Below the pieces are notes generated by a model. That model ran no database searches, was not told where the DNA came from, and saw only the letters and a program-made list of their open reading frames with translations. DNA of 63,512 nucleotides, filler included, from Chrysochromulina tobinii (taxonomy: Eukaryota): the NCBI GenBank assembly GCA_001275005.1. It is 8 parts of 8 records of this genome, joined end to end, with 100 filler letters (N's around TTAATTAATTAA, not from the genome) between each part and the next. Parts side by side here need not be neighbours in the genome. Positions count along the whole stretch, not along the records: positions 1 to 18,681 come from JWZX01000633.1; positions 18,782 to 35,866 come from JWZX01000636.1; 6 more parts are not named here. One strand, written 5' to 3'. Below are positions 11,239 through 22,599 of the stretch, piece by piece; position 1 is the first letter of the stretch, and the number at the start of each line of letters is the position of its first letter. The translations under genes and the position numbers were made by a program.

Positions 11239-12090
11239 TCACGCCCGCAGGTTGAAGCTGCAGACGAAGACGTGTCGCCGGCCTGAAATGACCGGTAGGC
11301 CAGCGTGAGTGATCTGACCGGTCCACAAGATTGCCGTGCCGGGCTCGGGGCGCAGCATGAGGGAGGGCTCACCGCCCAGACCACCCACCCTCTCCGCGCG
11401 CTCCGACCAGAAGGCGGTGCCGCCACCCTCGAAGGCATCCAAGGGCGAGAGAGACACGAGAACGGTCAGCATGTGCTTGTCCTCGTGCGGCTCGAACTCG
11501 CCGCCGGCGGTGTAGACGTTGATCGCGGGCTCGTGCCCTGAAAAGGTGAAGATCATGTCGCCGAGGCTCGCGCGCTGCTTGAAGATGTGATATGCATCGT
11601 GCGGCCGCAGCGACTCGAGGTACCACAGCGTGCGCGCGAGGATGATCCGTGCAAGTGCATGCGTGCGACCGTCCAAATTGAGCCCATCGGTGTGACACTC
11701 AACCCGCGTCAGACCGTGGCGCCGGTGATAGTCGTTGAGGTGATTATTAGGGGCGTTGCAGGTGGGATTGCTTGCGCACCACAAGTCGGCGGCGGAGATC
11801 ATGTGCGCGCATTCTCCAGCCGACACCATGGAAGGCAATGTGAGGACTGAGTCCTCAAGATTTGGAGCCAGTGGTGCGCTCGGATCGAGGCGCATCTCAT
11901 GGAATCCGCCGCCGTCACGCACATGAGGGTTCACAGCCATGTACAGTGATCCCGTGCGCAATGTTCGCCAACCAAGAACGGCACGAATTTCCGTGTGGTC
12001 TGGCCTCGATCCAGGAGTAGTTGTGGCCCATGTCCAGCGGCTATTTCCTGCCTCGTTGCAAGTGCGCGTGAGCAATTTTGACACCGCCAT
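11239..12090 (-). CDS. 2OG-Fe(II) dioxygenase (prolyl/lysyl-hydroxylase-like)
   Basis: YTAGGEFEPHED (HxD), FEGGGTAF, THAGLPV (distal His) and GRRHVFVCSF (2OG-binding Arg). Confidence 0.85.
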   Translation of the reverse strand: MAVSKLLTRTCNEAGNSRWTWATTTPGSRPDHTEIRAVLGWRTLRTGSLYMAVNPHVRDGGGFHEMRLDPSAPLAPNLEDSVLTLPSMVSAGECAHMISAADLWCASNPTCNAPNNHLNDYHRRHGLTRVECHTDGLNLDGRTHALARIILARTLWYLESLRPHDAYHIFKQRASLGDMIFTFSGHEPAINVYTAGGEFEPHEDKHMLTVLVSLSPLDAFEGGGTAFWSERAERVGGLGGEPSLMLRPEPGTAILWTGQITHAGLPVISGRRHVFVCSFNLRA

Positions 12091-12336
12091 CAAGATGAGG
12101 AAGGTGCACGATTCCCCTGGCTAGAAGGCGGCGAGGGAGGCGACGAGGGCGTTGAGCTTGGCAGCGCCAGCGGTGGGCTCGGAGGCGGCGAGGGTTGTCA
12201 CATCTTTCGAAATGCCGAGTGTGAAAAAGCTGTGAAGAGAGCTAGGGAAAGCCAGCCCCTCCCGCGCAGCGTGGAGCGTGCCCCCCTCAAGGAAAGGCCC
12301 TTGTGTACTCGATGAAGATGTACTACGTACTGGCTC

Positions 12337-15300
12337 TCACTCGGCGCCACACACGTCGCCGAGCGCCACGTACGAGAGCACCGGCGCGCACAGCTGCGCC
12401 GCCTCGTGCACCATCGCCACGGCGGCGCTTGCATCGAGCTGGATGGTGGTGCAGAGCGCGCGAACCTGCTGCTTGAGCTCGACGAGCGCGGGATCGAGAG
12501 GCTCTGCGGGGGTCGCGTCGTTCCCCGGGGAGGCCTCTCGGGAAGCGCCGCCGTGAGCGCCCGGGGAAGCGCCGCCGTGAGCGCCCGGGGAAGCGCCGCC
12601 GTGAGCGCCCGGGGAAGCGCCGCCGTGAGCGCCCGGGGAAGCGCCGCCGGCCGGCAGCGAACGCCGAATGGCGCCCGCGGCCTCGGCGAACTCGGCGGCC
12701 GTTGTGGTCAGGATCGCCGTGAGCCGATGTGCGGCTGCGCGCAGGCAGAGCGCCTTCCATCGCGCACGCTCGAGCTCGCTCACAAACGGCCAATCGAGTG
12801 CATGCACGAGCGGCTCGCCCTCGAGCGACGCCCCCGGCTCCGGCTGTGACGGCTTGTCAGCTTCGAGCCGACAGCGCGCTGCGTATGCATGGAGCGCCGT
12901 CAGGGCAGCCTCACACACCTTGGCGAGGCATTGAGTGCAGAGTGCACGAAGCATTGCCACGCCCTTCTGTGCCACTACGGCGCGCTCGGCCACGCTGCTA
13001 CCGCTAGTGCCCACGACGGCGCGCTCGGCCGCGCTGCTACCGCTGGTGCTACCGCTGGTGCTGGCACTGCCGCTGGCGCTGCCGCTGGCTCTCAGCGGCG
13101 GTGGCGACGCGCCGACGGGGGGGCCGCCGACGGGGGGGGCGCCGACGGGGGGTGCGAAAGGGCGAAGGCCAGGCGAGACTCCGCGGGTGAGGGCACTCGC
13201 GGCGGCGGCCCCCATGCCCCGTGCGGCGCGGCACGCGCGTGCCGCCTCGGCCTGCGCCCCCGCGCTCGCGTACTGCGCGAGGCGATCCGTCGGTGGTCCG
13301 CTCACGACGGCGCCTCGTTCCTTGCCCTGTCCCGGGGGACTGATCAGAGGTGCTCGCGGCGGCGCCTCGGACAGGGCCGCTTCGCTCACGAGCGCCTCGA
13401 CGCCCGAGAGCGCACGCTCGAGTGTGGCGCGTTGTGAGGGCGCCAGCCGCTGGAGCTTGAACTGGACGGCATGCTGACAGCTGTCTCGCATGTTCTCGAG
13501 CGTCTGCATCATCATGGAGCCACTGCCATACTCTTCGAGCCACGCCTCGAAGGAGCGCAGTGGCGGCGGCGGCGGCGGACCGGGCGGCGGGCCGGGTGTC
13601 CTCGCAACCCCAGCACCGCTGGCACCGCCCGTGCCGCAGGCGACTGGACGCGACGGGGACGCCGGTGCCGCACGACCCGCAGTGCCCGACACGGCGCGCC
13701 GCTCCTCGGCTGCTGGAGGATCGTCTGTGAAAGAGTCTGTGAAAGAGTTTCCTCTCGAGGCCGTTGAGACGACCGTGTCGATCATGGTGTCGATGAGCTG
13801 CACATTGTCCTTGATGCCGCTCATCACGGCGCCCGTCGTGGCGTCGATCGAGCTCACGGCCAGCTGGGTCGTGCTCGCAAGATTCGTCACCGCGAGCTCG
13901 CCCACCTCGGAGATCTCATTGAGGACGACATCGGACGCGACGCGCAAGCTGCTGACCGCCACCTCGCCGCCGACCGCCTCGACGCCAGCAAGCGCGTCGT
14001 TGAGCACCATGTCGCCCACGACGGCGGCCACCTTGACCACCCCAGCGACGCTTTTCGAGCCATCCTGCGCGAGCGCACTTAGGCCCTCGAGCGACTCGGC
14101 CGCCATGACGCCGGCGGATTTCGACACCTGTGCGGGGAAGGCACACATGAGCGCTCAGGCGCAATCATCAGTAATCATCCGTTTCGTCACCTGTGCCGAT
14201 CCAAGGCCATCAGAGGCGATCAGAGGCCATCCAAGGCCATCAGAGGCCATCTACGGTCCTCAGAGGCCATCTACGGTCCTCAGAGGCCATCTACGGTCCT
14301 CAGAGGCCATCTACGGTCCTCAGAGGCCATCTACGGTCCTCAGAGGCCATCTACGGTCCTCAGAGGCCCTCCAAGCGCGGGCTGTTCGTCACCTGCCGTC
14401 CGAGGCCACCGACATCAGAGGCGAGCTCCTTGAGCCCGCCGACCGCCTCGCCCATGAGCCCACCCAGCACGCTGCCGAACAGCCCGCTCCCAAACCGCCC
14501 TTCATCCATCGATGAGTGCGCCACGGCGCCCGGCGTGGCGCTCACTACGGCGCTCCGGATTGTCGGCTCGTCGGTGCTCACTACGGCGCTCTCGGATGGC
14601 TCCACCTCAGGAGTTGTGTTAAGCGTCGTGATGAGCGCAGGCGGATCACGCCAGCCATCATCATCGCCCCAGTCGTCATCATCGCCCCAGCCATCGCCAC
14701 CCTCTGTCGCCCCCGCCCCCTCGCCCTCGTCCGCCCCCGCCATCAGCACCGCAGTAGTGTCTCCGGACGGAGCGTCGTGTTGAGCGTCGGCGTGGCTCAT
14801 CTCTGGCAAGGCTGCATTCACAGTACGCACGTCTTCGCCCAAATCAGGCAACTCTTCGCCCAAGTCACCATCGCCCCAGCCGTCATGGTGGTCAACTCCG
14901 CCATCCGCCTCTTGTGCAGCATCGCCCTCGGAGGCGGCAGCCGCCGCCATCAGCGCCGCAGTCAGGCTACCCGACAGGCTGCCCAAAGGGGCAGCAGGGG
15001 AATACCTCCCTGAGATCTCGTCGCCTTCCTGCGCCAGCACCGCGGAAGCTCCCTGCGCCACCGAAGGTGCATCAGTCGTGGCTAGTGGCGCCGGCACCCC
15101 TGGAGGTATCAGCGCCTGCGAGGCGGCCGCCAGTGGTTCATCTCCTGCAGAGCCATGCACCCTGATGGCACGGGCGGCCGCAGAGGACTCGGCGCCGATC
15201 GCGGAGATCGTCTCGTCCCCAAGGACATCACTGGCCACCATCTCCCCCATCACGGACGCCACCTTGACCACATCTCGGCCTGCGACGCTTGCCATGCTCG

Positions 15301-18300
15301 TCACGTCGGTCGCGAGCTGCAAGATGCCACCCGCCGACTCGGCGACGAGCCCAGTCGCCACCGCTGACAAGCCGCCCAGCAGGGAGCCGCCCCAGCCCCA
15401 GCTACTCGCTCGCTCGCTCACTTTGGCACGCTCGCTGTCCGCGTCAGCGCTTGCCGCGTCCGCTGCGGAATTCTGACGAAGGATCTCGTGCAACGGGCGC
15501 TGCTGCGCGGCTGCCATGGGCAGCGTCGCATCCCATAACACTTCCCACAGGTTCGAAGGCTCGTAGAATCGCGAGCTCAGCCGCCCGTTGGAGCCGTCGG
15601 GGCACGGCGCCTCGCCCTCGTCCACGAGCCAGTCGCGAGGAGAGTGCCAGCGCACAAAATCGCCGAGAGTGCAGCCGGGATTGGCCGCCTTGAACGCTTG
15701 CATGTCCGACTTGAGGTTCGCGGACTGATGACGCGCGCGCAGCAGCCGGGCCTGCTCAGAGTCGCCGAGACGCTCGTGGATGTCCATGAGCATCTGCTGC
15801 TCAGCGACGGCAGACTCCTCGCTGAACACGCCCGGGTCCTGCGTGAACGGGCTCCACAGCCGCAGGCCGCTCTCAATGCCAACGAGGTTGGGCAGCCGCT
15901 CGCGCGCTCCGATGCGCTCGATCCCACGGGCGGCTTCCTCTTCTGCCTCTAGCTCCGCCTGCAACTCGGCCCCCAACCTCTCCGCCTCTGCCTTCTCGGC
16001 CGCCAACTCCGCCTGCAACTTGGCCTCGAGAACCGCCGCTTGCTCGGCCTGCACCCGCCGCGTCTCAACGGCCACGCGCTCCTCTTGAAGCTCTGCCATC
16101 CGCCGTGTCTCCACCGCTCGCTCCTCGTCGTTCAACTCAGGCGCCGACGCTGCGGCTATTACAATCGGCAGGCCGAGCGCCTCGCTGCCATCGCCCCATC
16201 CATCGCCACCGTCGTCGTCACCCCATCCGTCGTCGTCACCCCATCCGTCGCCGCCGTCGTCTGCGGCTGCAGCATCCAGCTCAGCGGCCAGCGATCCTGG
16301 CACCAACGCCGCCGCCTCCGCAACCGTCTCCGCTGCCTCCACTGCCTCCGCTGCCTCCGCTGCCGCCGCTGCCGCCGCTGCGGCCGCTGCCGCCTCCGCT
16401 ACGGCCGCCTCAGCCACCACCGCGTCCGCCTCCGCTGCGGCCGCCTTATTATCGGCCGCCGCCGCCTCCGCTGCCGCCGCCTGCGCCGCCTCTGCCTCCG
16501 CTGCCGCCGCCTCCGCCGCTTCCTCGGCCGCCCACGCCTCCTCCTCGGCTCGCATCTGAGCCTCCATCTCTGCAAGCGCGGCGGCGCGGGCGGCCAGCTC
16601 TGCCGCCCTGGACTCAGGCGCCGACAGCTGTGGTGTCATAGGCTGTGGCGGCTGCGGCGCGCTGGGGTGTGGCGGCTGCGGCGCGGTGCGCATCCATGGA
16701 TGACATAGCAACTCCTCGGCGGTCAAGCGCTCATGTAGCTCCTCCTTGAGACAGCACGAAATGAAGTCGCGGGCGGGCTGGATCGCGTCGGTCGCCCAGA
16801 CGGCGCCTTGGAAGCTCGAGCGCAGTTCACGTGTCGCAGCGATCAGCTGGGCTGCGAATTCCGCCGAGCCTTCGCGCCCGACGTCTGCGGGCATTTCTAC
16901 TGGGAGCTCGGCACTCAGGAGAACGTGAGCCGTCACGCCCGCGCTCCATACATCACAGCTCGCGTCGTATGGAATGCCTTGCAGCGCACCAGTTGGATCG
17001 GCCTCGGCCTCAAGCCACGAAAGCACCTCGGGCGCCGCGTACTCGGGCGAGCCGGCGACGCCGGTCATCAAGCCATCGGACGTGTTGGTGAGGAGCGCCG
17101 CATATCCAAAGTCGATCAGGGTGAGGTGTGGCGAGCCGCCGTCGTTGCCTCCCCCGCCGCCGTCGCCGTCCCCCTCGTCTGCGAGACCCGAGATCACGAG
17201 GTTCTCTGGCTTCACGTCGCGGTGGACGACCCCGAGCGCGTCAAGCGCAGCCAGGGCCTCGAGCAGCTGGTGAAGCACCGAGCGCGCCATCTCGACAGGC
17301 AGCGCGCCGTGCTGAGCAAGGTAGTCAAAAAGCTCGACGCCGCGCACCCGTTCCATGCAGAGCCAGACGGCATCGGGCGTGCTGACCACCTCAAGGAGGG
17401 CGACAACGTGCTCGGTGCCCAACGTAATGCGGAGCGCGGTCACCTCCGAATGGAGCATCGAGACAAGCTCCTCGTCCATGTCGGACGTATCCACCCGCTT
17501 GAGGGCGATCGTCTCGGAGGCGCTCGATGCGCCCACCGGGGCGCTTGGGCCCATCGCGCAGTCGGCGGCGTACACTTTTGAGAACTGGCCCTCGCCCAGC
17601 AGCGCGTGCGTGTGGTATCGCTCCTCTATCGACGACAGCCGAACGTCGCACAACGCGAGCAGCGCGGCGGCGAACCCATCAGCCGCATTCGCCGCCGCCT
17701 CCGCAGCAGCTTCATCAGCCTCAGCAGCCTCAGCAGCAAACCCCTCAGCAGCGTTCGCCGCCGCCGCTGCCACAGCATTAGGAGGCGGGGCGTCGGCAGT
17801 GGGCTCGGGTGCTGAGGGTGCTGAGGGTGCGAGTGGCGGTCGATCGGCGCCCTTGCCCCAACTGCCGTCACCCCACTCGTCGCCCTCGTCGCCCCAAGCG
17901 TCGGCGTCGCCGACCATTGCGTTGTCTGCCGTAGCCTCCTTAGCCGCCGCCTGCGCCGCCTCCTCCGCTGCCGCCGCCTGCGCCGCCGCTGCCGCCGCTG
18001 CCGCCGCCTCCGCCGCTTCCTCGGCCACCAACGCCTCCTCCTCTGCTCGCAACTGAGCCTCCATGTCCGCAAGCGCTGCGGCGCGGGCGGCGGCCTCGTC
18101 AGCCCCAAATTGGACAGCCGCAGCTTCATGAACCACCTCCGTTTCTAGTGCCAGCCGCTCAGCTTCAGCCGTCTCGTCCTCGGCTTTCTCCGCCGCCGCC
18201 ACCCTCTCTGCCTCCACCCTTTCCGCCTCTGCCCCCTCCGCCTCCGCCCTCTTCACCTCCGCCCTCTCCACCTCCGCCCTCTCTGCCTCCACCCTCTCCG

Positions 18301-18681
18301 CCTCTGCCCTCTCCACCTCCGCCCTCTCCGCCTCCGCCCTCTCCGCCTCCACCCTCTCCGACTCCACCCTCCCCACCTCCGCCCTCTCTTCCTCCGCCCT
18401 CTCCGCCTCCACCCTCTCCGACTCCAACCTTTCTGCCTCCACCCTTTCCGACTCCGCCCTTTCCGCCGCCACTCTCTCTGCCTCTGCCCTCACTGCCTCT
18501 GCCCTCTCCGCCTCCGCCCTCTCCGCAGCCGCCCTCGCGTCCGTCGCTCGCCGCTTCGCTTCGGCTTTTCGATGTGCCTCGGCCCTCTCCGCGGCCGCTC
18601 GCGCTTCCGCCGCCTCTGCCGCCGCCGCGGCGGCCGCTGCCGCTGCCGCTGCCGCCTCGACCTCCGCGGCAGCGGCGGCGG
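12337..18681 (-). CDS. Large multidomain protein: EA-rich coiled coil, CAMK-like Ser/Thr kinase, Rab3GAP1 catalytic-subunit-like region, WG-rich C-terminal region. Exons >18681-14393 and 14127-12337, 5' end in gap.
   Basis: Kinase motifs [25 protein letters not shown] and DVWSAG. Rab3GAP1-type [33 protein letters not shown] intron 14392-14128 joins GRQ|VSKS in frame. Confidence 0.75.
12537..12650 (-). repeat. Coding 24-bp tandem repeat (GGASPGAH x4-5)
   Basis: ccggggaagcgccgccgtgagcgc repeated in tandem. Confidence 0.9.
14128..14392 (-). other. Spliceosomal intron built from a 20-bp tandem repeat and TGATGGCC repeats
   Basis: CAG|GTGACG...GCACAG|GTG. Plus-strand cagaggccatctacggtcct x~6. 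Removal restores the frame. Confidence 0.85.
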
Positions 18682-18781
18682 NNNNNNNNNNNNNNNNNNN
18701 NNNNNNNNNNNNNNNNNNNNNNNNNTTAATTAATTAANNNNNNNNNNNNNNNNNNNNNNNNNNNNNNNNNNNNNNNNNNNN
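18682..18781. other. Artificial 100-nt contig spacer (Ns flanking TTAATTAATTAA). Identical spacers at 35867-35966, 38133-38232, 45991-46090, 52376-52475, 57493-57592 and 60829-60928.
   Basis: All are identical, with an all-frame-stop linker. Confidence 0.97.
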
Positions 18782-19407
18782 GCCCCGGGGTGTGTATGCC
18801 GCTCGAGTAGCGCGTCAGCGGGGCATGGGGATCCCCGGTGATCATGTAAATAGGGTGGAGACGTATCAGTGTCCGGTGTGGACTCTGGACCTGGCGACGC
18901 GTTGGGTGTTGCTCTCACCTCTCTCATCTCTGTCGTGCGGTTTCCTCCGCGACTCGTACGTGGCTGCGCAGAGTGATGCGTTTCGTTTAATCTCGCCGAG
19001 TCCAGCCGAGAAGCGAAAAATTACCTAGAAAGTGAGATCGTCAGATTATGACGACCGATGGCGTGATCTAACGCCGCTGGCAAGTACTGGCGCGGGTGGA
19101 CCGCGACTGAACTGCGCTGACTGACTGAATGAAGGACTGGCATCTTGGATCTTCCTTGTCTTCCATGCACGATATGCCACGTCCTAAACGAGCTACCGAA
19201 AACCATCATGGACTGTTCGATAGTTCACTCACTGACGCTGATCACTCACTGACACTGTGCTGAGCACAATTGTGCCATCGCCGGGGGGGTAAGGACTTTG
19301 GGGGGCGCACTGAGAAATTTGAGAACTTCTTGCGGAATTGCGCGTTAATGAAAAATACATCTCCCTCATCTGCCGCACACATCTTGCACTGTCATAAGAC
19401 CCACGTT

Positions 19408-22400
19408 ATGGTGGACCTCTTCGCCGACGCAGGCCCTCCTGCATGGATGTCGGCACTCGACTCAATGCTGGAAGACAACACGAGCGGAAGCCCAACGCCT
19501 CGAAAGATGAGAGCCGCCATGGAGCTAGGCCTCATCGTCGACGGCAACGGCCTGAAGAGCGATGGCTCCAGAGGAGCGCCGCAAGCGAGCATCCCCCGGC
19601 ACGAACCGATATGGCTCTCGCTCGTAGACATGGTTGAGGAGACTACCCATATGCACAAGACTACCGGCATCGAGGCTGAGGCGCATGGCGTAGCGGCCGC
19701 CCATTCCTACGATGCTCGCATGGAGGCGGCGCGCAAGCTCGTCGGTAACCACGAGGCCCTCCTCTATGACGTGTCACACCCGCAACCGCGTACGCAGCAA
19801 GTCCTCGAGCGCGTGCCCGAAAGCAGCCGCATCTACGCCGACCAGGCGCTCCTCGAGTGCGCCCGCCGGCTGATCGGCCCGCGACCAGGGTACGAGTCCC
19901 TCGAGGTGCACTGCGACACGAGCAATCCGTCGCAGGCGAACGCGTGGGCGACGGTATGGCGCTACCTGCAGACTCGCATCCAATCGAAGCCCGAGCAGAA
20001 GCCCGGTCGTCCTCCGGACATGTCCACCGAGGCTGCGACTGCTATGCTCGCCGTGCTCGAAGAGATTGCTCACTCGAGCCTGACGTTCGCGCTCAAGCAC
20101 TCGACGCCGCACTGGCTGATGCTTCACGATGCGCTCGAGGAGCGCGAGAGCTCAGGCGCACCGGCAGAGGGCGCTGCAGCGGCACACGCCCATATGGCAC
20201 GCGAAGCGGCTGCCCGCAAGCTCATCGGTAACCACGAGCGCGTGTTGCGCGATCTTTGCAACCCGAATCCGATCACAAACATTGAGGGCAAGTTGCTCAC
20301 TCAGCTCGAGCTTGAGCGAGTCGGCGTGGGATGCGCGTCGTACGCGGACGAGGTGCTGCGCGAGACGGCGCGCCGGCTGCTCGGTCGGCGCGCGGGCCTG
20401 GAGCTGCTCGAGGTGCACCCCGACCCAAGCAACGAGGAGCAGACGGCGGCGTGGTCCGCGACGGCCGACTACTTGTGTGGACGTCTCCAGGCAACGGACG
20501 AGCAAAAGCCCGGTCGCCCGCCCGATATGCCTCCTGCCGCAGCCGCTGCGATGAAGGCGGTCCTTCGGGAGGTGAGCAGGCCACGCGCCCGTCTCGATGC
20601 GTCGCGCCTGTGGGCTGGTCTCGAGGTGCTCCTCGAACAAGGTGCCGGGTTCGAATCGGAAGCAGAGGGCGCCGCGGCCCATTTCCCACACGTGGCGCGG
20701 CAGGAGGCGGCCGCGAAGCTGGCAGGCAACCGCGCCAAGGTCCTGGCCGATATATGCAACCCGTCCCCGACCGATAACATCTACGGCAAGGAGCTCACGC
20801 AGCTCAAGCTCGAGCGCGTTCACCCTCGCTTATCGCCCTACGCGGATGAGCTCATGCGGGAGACGGTCCGACGGCTGCTCGGGAAGCGCGCAGGCTCGCG
20901 TGCACTCGAGGCGCACCTGCAGCTGCACAATGACGAGCAGCGCACCGCGTGGCAAAAAGCCGCCACCTACCTCATCGGCCGAATCCAGTTTACGCCGGAG
21001 CAAAAGCCTGGGCGTGAGCCTGACATGAGTTTCGTCGCTGGGAATGCGACGCTCGCTGTGCTCGCTGAGATTCGGCAGGCAGCCCTAACTGCGACCATCG
21101 CGGCGACGGCGCCGCACTGGGAGATGCTTCGCAAAGCCTTGGACAAGGGGGCTACGACGGCAGCCACGCGCGAGGCCATGGACTCGACGGCGGTCGGCAT
21201 TCCGTTCCATTATCGAGAATCCGCCGCCCGTAAACTCGTTGGCAACCATGTCAACGTTCTGCGCGATGTGTGCAACCCGTCAGCAACGCACAACATCTAT
21301 GGCAAGCCGCTCACGCAACTCGAGCTCCTGCGCGTCGACGTAAGCCTTGCGCCGTACGCGGACGAGGTGCTGCGCGAGACGGCGCGCCGGCTGCTCGGTC
21401 GGCGCGCGGGCCTGGAGCTGCTCGAGGTGCACCCCGACCCAAGCAATGAGGCGCAGACTGCGGCGTGGTCCGCGACTGTCGAGTACCTTTTGGGTCGGAT
21501 CCAGTCCACCGAAGACCAAAAGCCCGGCCGCACGCCCGACCTTGAGTACCATGTTTCCGGCGCAATGAAGGCCACACTCGAGGAGGTTGCGGACGTCCCC
21601 GTGCGCGTGATGTGCCAGCAGGCGGCCCCCCAGTGGGCGAAGCTGCGCCGAATCGTGCGCACGCACCCGGAGACGCCGGCATCGTATCTGGGCGGGCCGC
21701 ATCTGGTAGCCATCGGCCCTGTAGATGATCTCAACCCGCCCCAAGATCTGAGCTCGGTCGAGCTCGCACACCCTGCCGATAAGGAAGTGGCAGCAAAGCT
21801 GGTCATGACCTACTACGAGGATATCCTTCACGAGGCCATCATCCAGATGATGAAGACGCAGCGTGTGAAGACGCAGTTCATGTCGCGCATCAAGCATGCT
21901 AGCTATTTCCCGCCGGAGGAGATGATGAATCTGCCCAAGATCGACCGCAAGCACCTCGGCTACCTCGAGCCTGCCCTGCGTGAGCTTGCCTGCTCCCTCG
22001 TGGGCAATAGGCCAGGCGTCCAGGAACTGATGCCCTCCTGGGATCAGGAAAACCCTGTACAAACGGCCGCACGCATGTATTTCAGCGCCTTCGCGCACCA
22101 TTACGTGCCCCTGATGGTCAACGCGAACGAGAAAGTCGCGAAGATCGTGCGTTCCGCGCTCGTCGCCTTAGTCAGGTACTCGGGCCTCACCGTGCCACCA
22201 AACCATTGGGTCTTGGATCGGGCACCGATGCCTCCGGGATCGACCGAACAAACGCCAATGAAGATTAGGCCGTCGTTGCAGACGCAGACGACTCCCGCGC
22301 TGGTAAGATCGCCGGATCTCCGGATCTCCGGATCTCCCGTTCCGCTGAGATCCGGACCCAGTTCGTCTGAGCAGAGTGGCTCAGGCAAGGAGGCTCAAGT

Positions 22401-22599
22401 AGGGTGGTTTGCGGGTGACTCAAGGGGCGTGTCGGGATACGGATACTCTTCGCAGCCGACGTCAGCGCAGCTGCGCGGCCCGACCCGCCAAGGAAGTCTC
22501 AACGTGGAGGCATTCTCACGGCTTGCAGCATACCCGCCCTCCGAAAATCATAACTCGTCTCCATATGGCGAAAGCTTTCGGCCGAAGAGGAATGCGTAA
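19408..22599 (+). CDS. Protein with four (plus one degenerate) tandem ~165-aa helical repeats
   Basis: The motif ARKLxGNH...LERV...YADExLRETARRLLG...AW..T..YL..RIQ...QKPGR.PDM recurs four times. Start uncertain (19348 or 19408). Confidence 0.8.
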   Translation: MVDLFADAGPPAWMSALDSMLEDNTSGSPTPRKMRAAMELGLIVDGNGLKSDGSRGAPQASIPRHEPIWLSLVDMVEETTHMHKTTGIEAEAHGVAAAHSYDARMEAARKLVGNHEALLYDVSHPQPRTQQVLERVPESSRIYADQALLECARRLIGPRPGYESLEVHCDTSNPSQANAWATVWRYLQTRIQSKPEQKPGRPPDMSTEAATAMLAVLEEIAHSSLTFALKHSTPHWLMLHDALEERESSGAPAEGAAAAHAHMAREAAARKLIGNHERVLRDLCNPNPITNIEGKLLTQLELERVGVGCASYADEVLRETARRLLGRRAGLELLEVHPDPSNEEQTAAWSATADYLCGRLQATDEQKPGRPPDMPPAAAAAMKAVLREVSRPRARLDASRLWAGLEVLLEQGAGFESEAEGAAAHFPHVARQEAAAKLAGNRAKVLADICNPSPTDNIYGKELTQLKLERVHPRLSPYADELMRETVRRLLGKRAGSRALEAHLQLHNDEQRTAWQKAATYLIGRIQFTPEQKPGREPDMSFVAGNATLAVLAEIRQAALTATIAATAPHWEMLRKALDKGATTAATREAMDSTAVGIPFHYRESAARKLVGNHVNVLRDVCNPSATHNIYGKPLTQLELLRVDVSLAPYADEVLRETARRLLGRRAGLELLEVHPDPSNEAQTAAWSATVEYLLGRIQSTEDQKPGRTPDLEYHVSGAMKATLEEVADVPVRVMCQQAAPQWAKLRRIVRTHPETPASYLGGPHLVAIGPVDDLNPPQDLSSVELAHPADKEVAAKLVMTYYEDILHEAIIQMMKTQRVKTQFMSRIKHASYFPPEEMMNLPKIDRKHLGYLEPALRELACSLVGNRPGVQELMPSWDQENPVQTAARMYFSAFAHHYVPLMVNANEKVAKIVRSALVALVRYSGLTVPPNHWVLDRAPMPPGSTEQTPMKIRPSLQTQTTPALVRSPDLRISGSPVPLRSGPSSSEQSGSGKEAQVGWFAGDSRGVSGYGYSSQPTSAQLRGPTRQGSLNVEAFSRLAAYPPSENHNSSPYGESFRPKRNA

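Noticed and set aside
18682..18781. TTAATTAATTAA palindrome recurring seven times between N runs
   Set aside because: Artificial scaffolding linker with stops in all frames, not biological.
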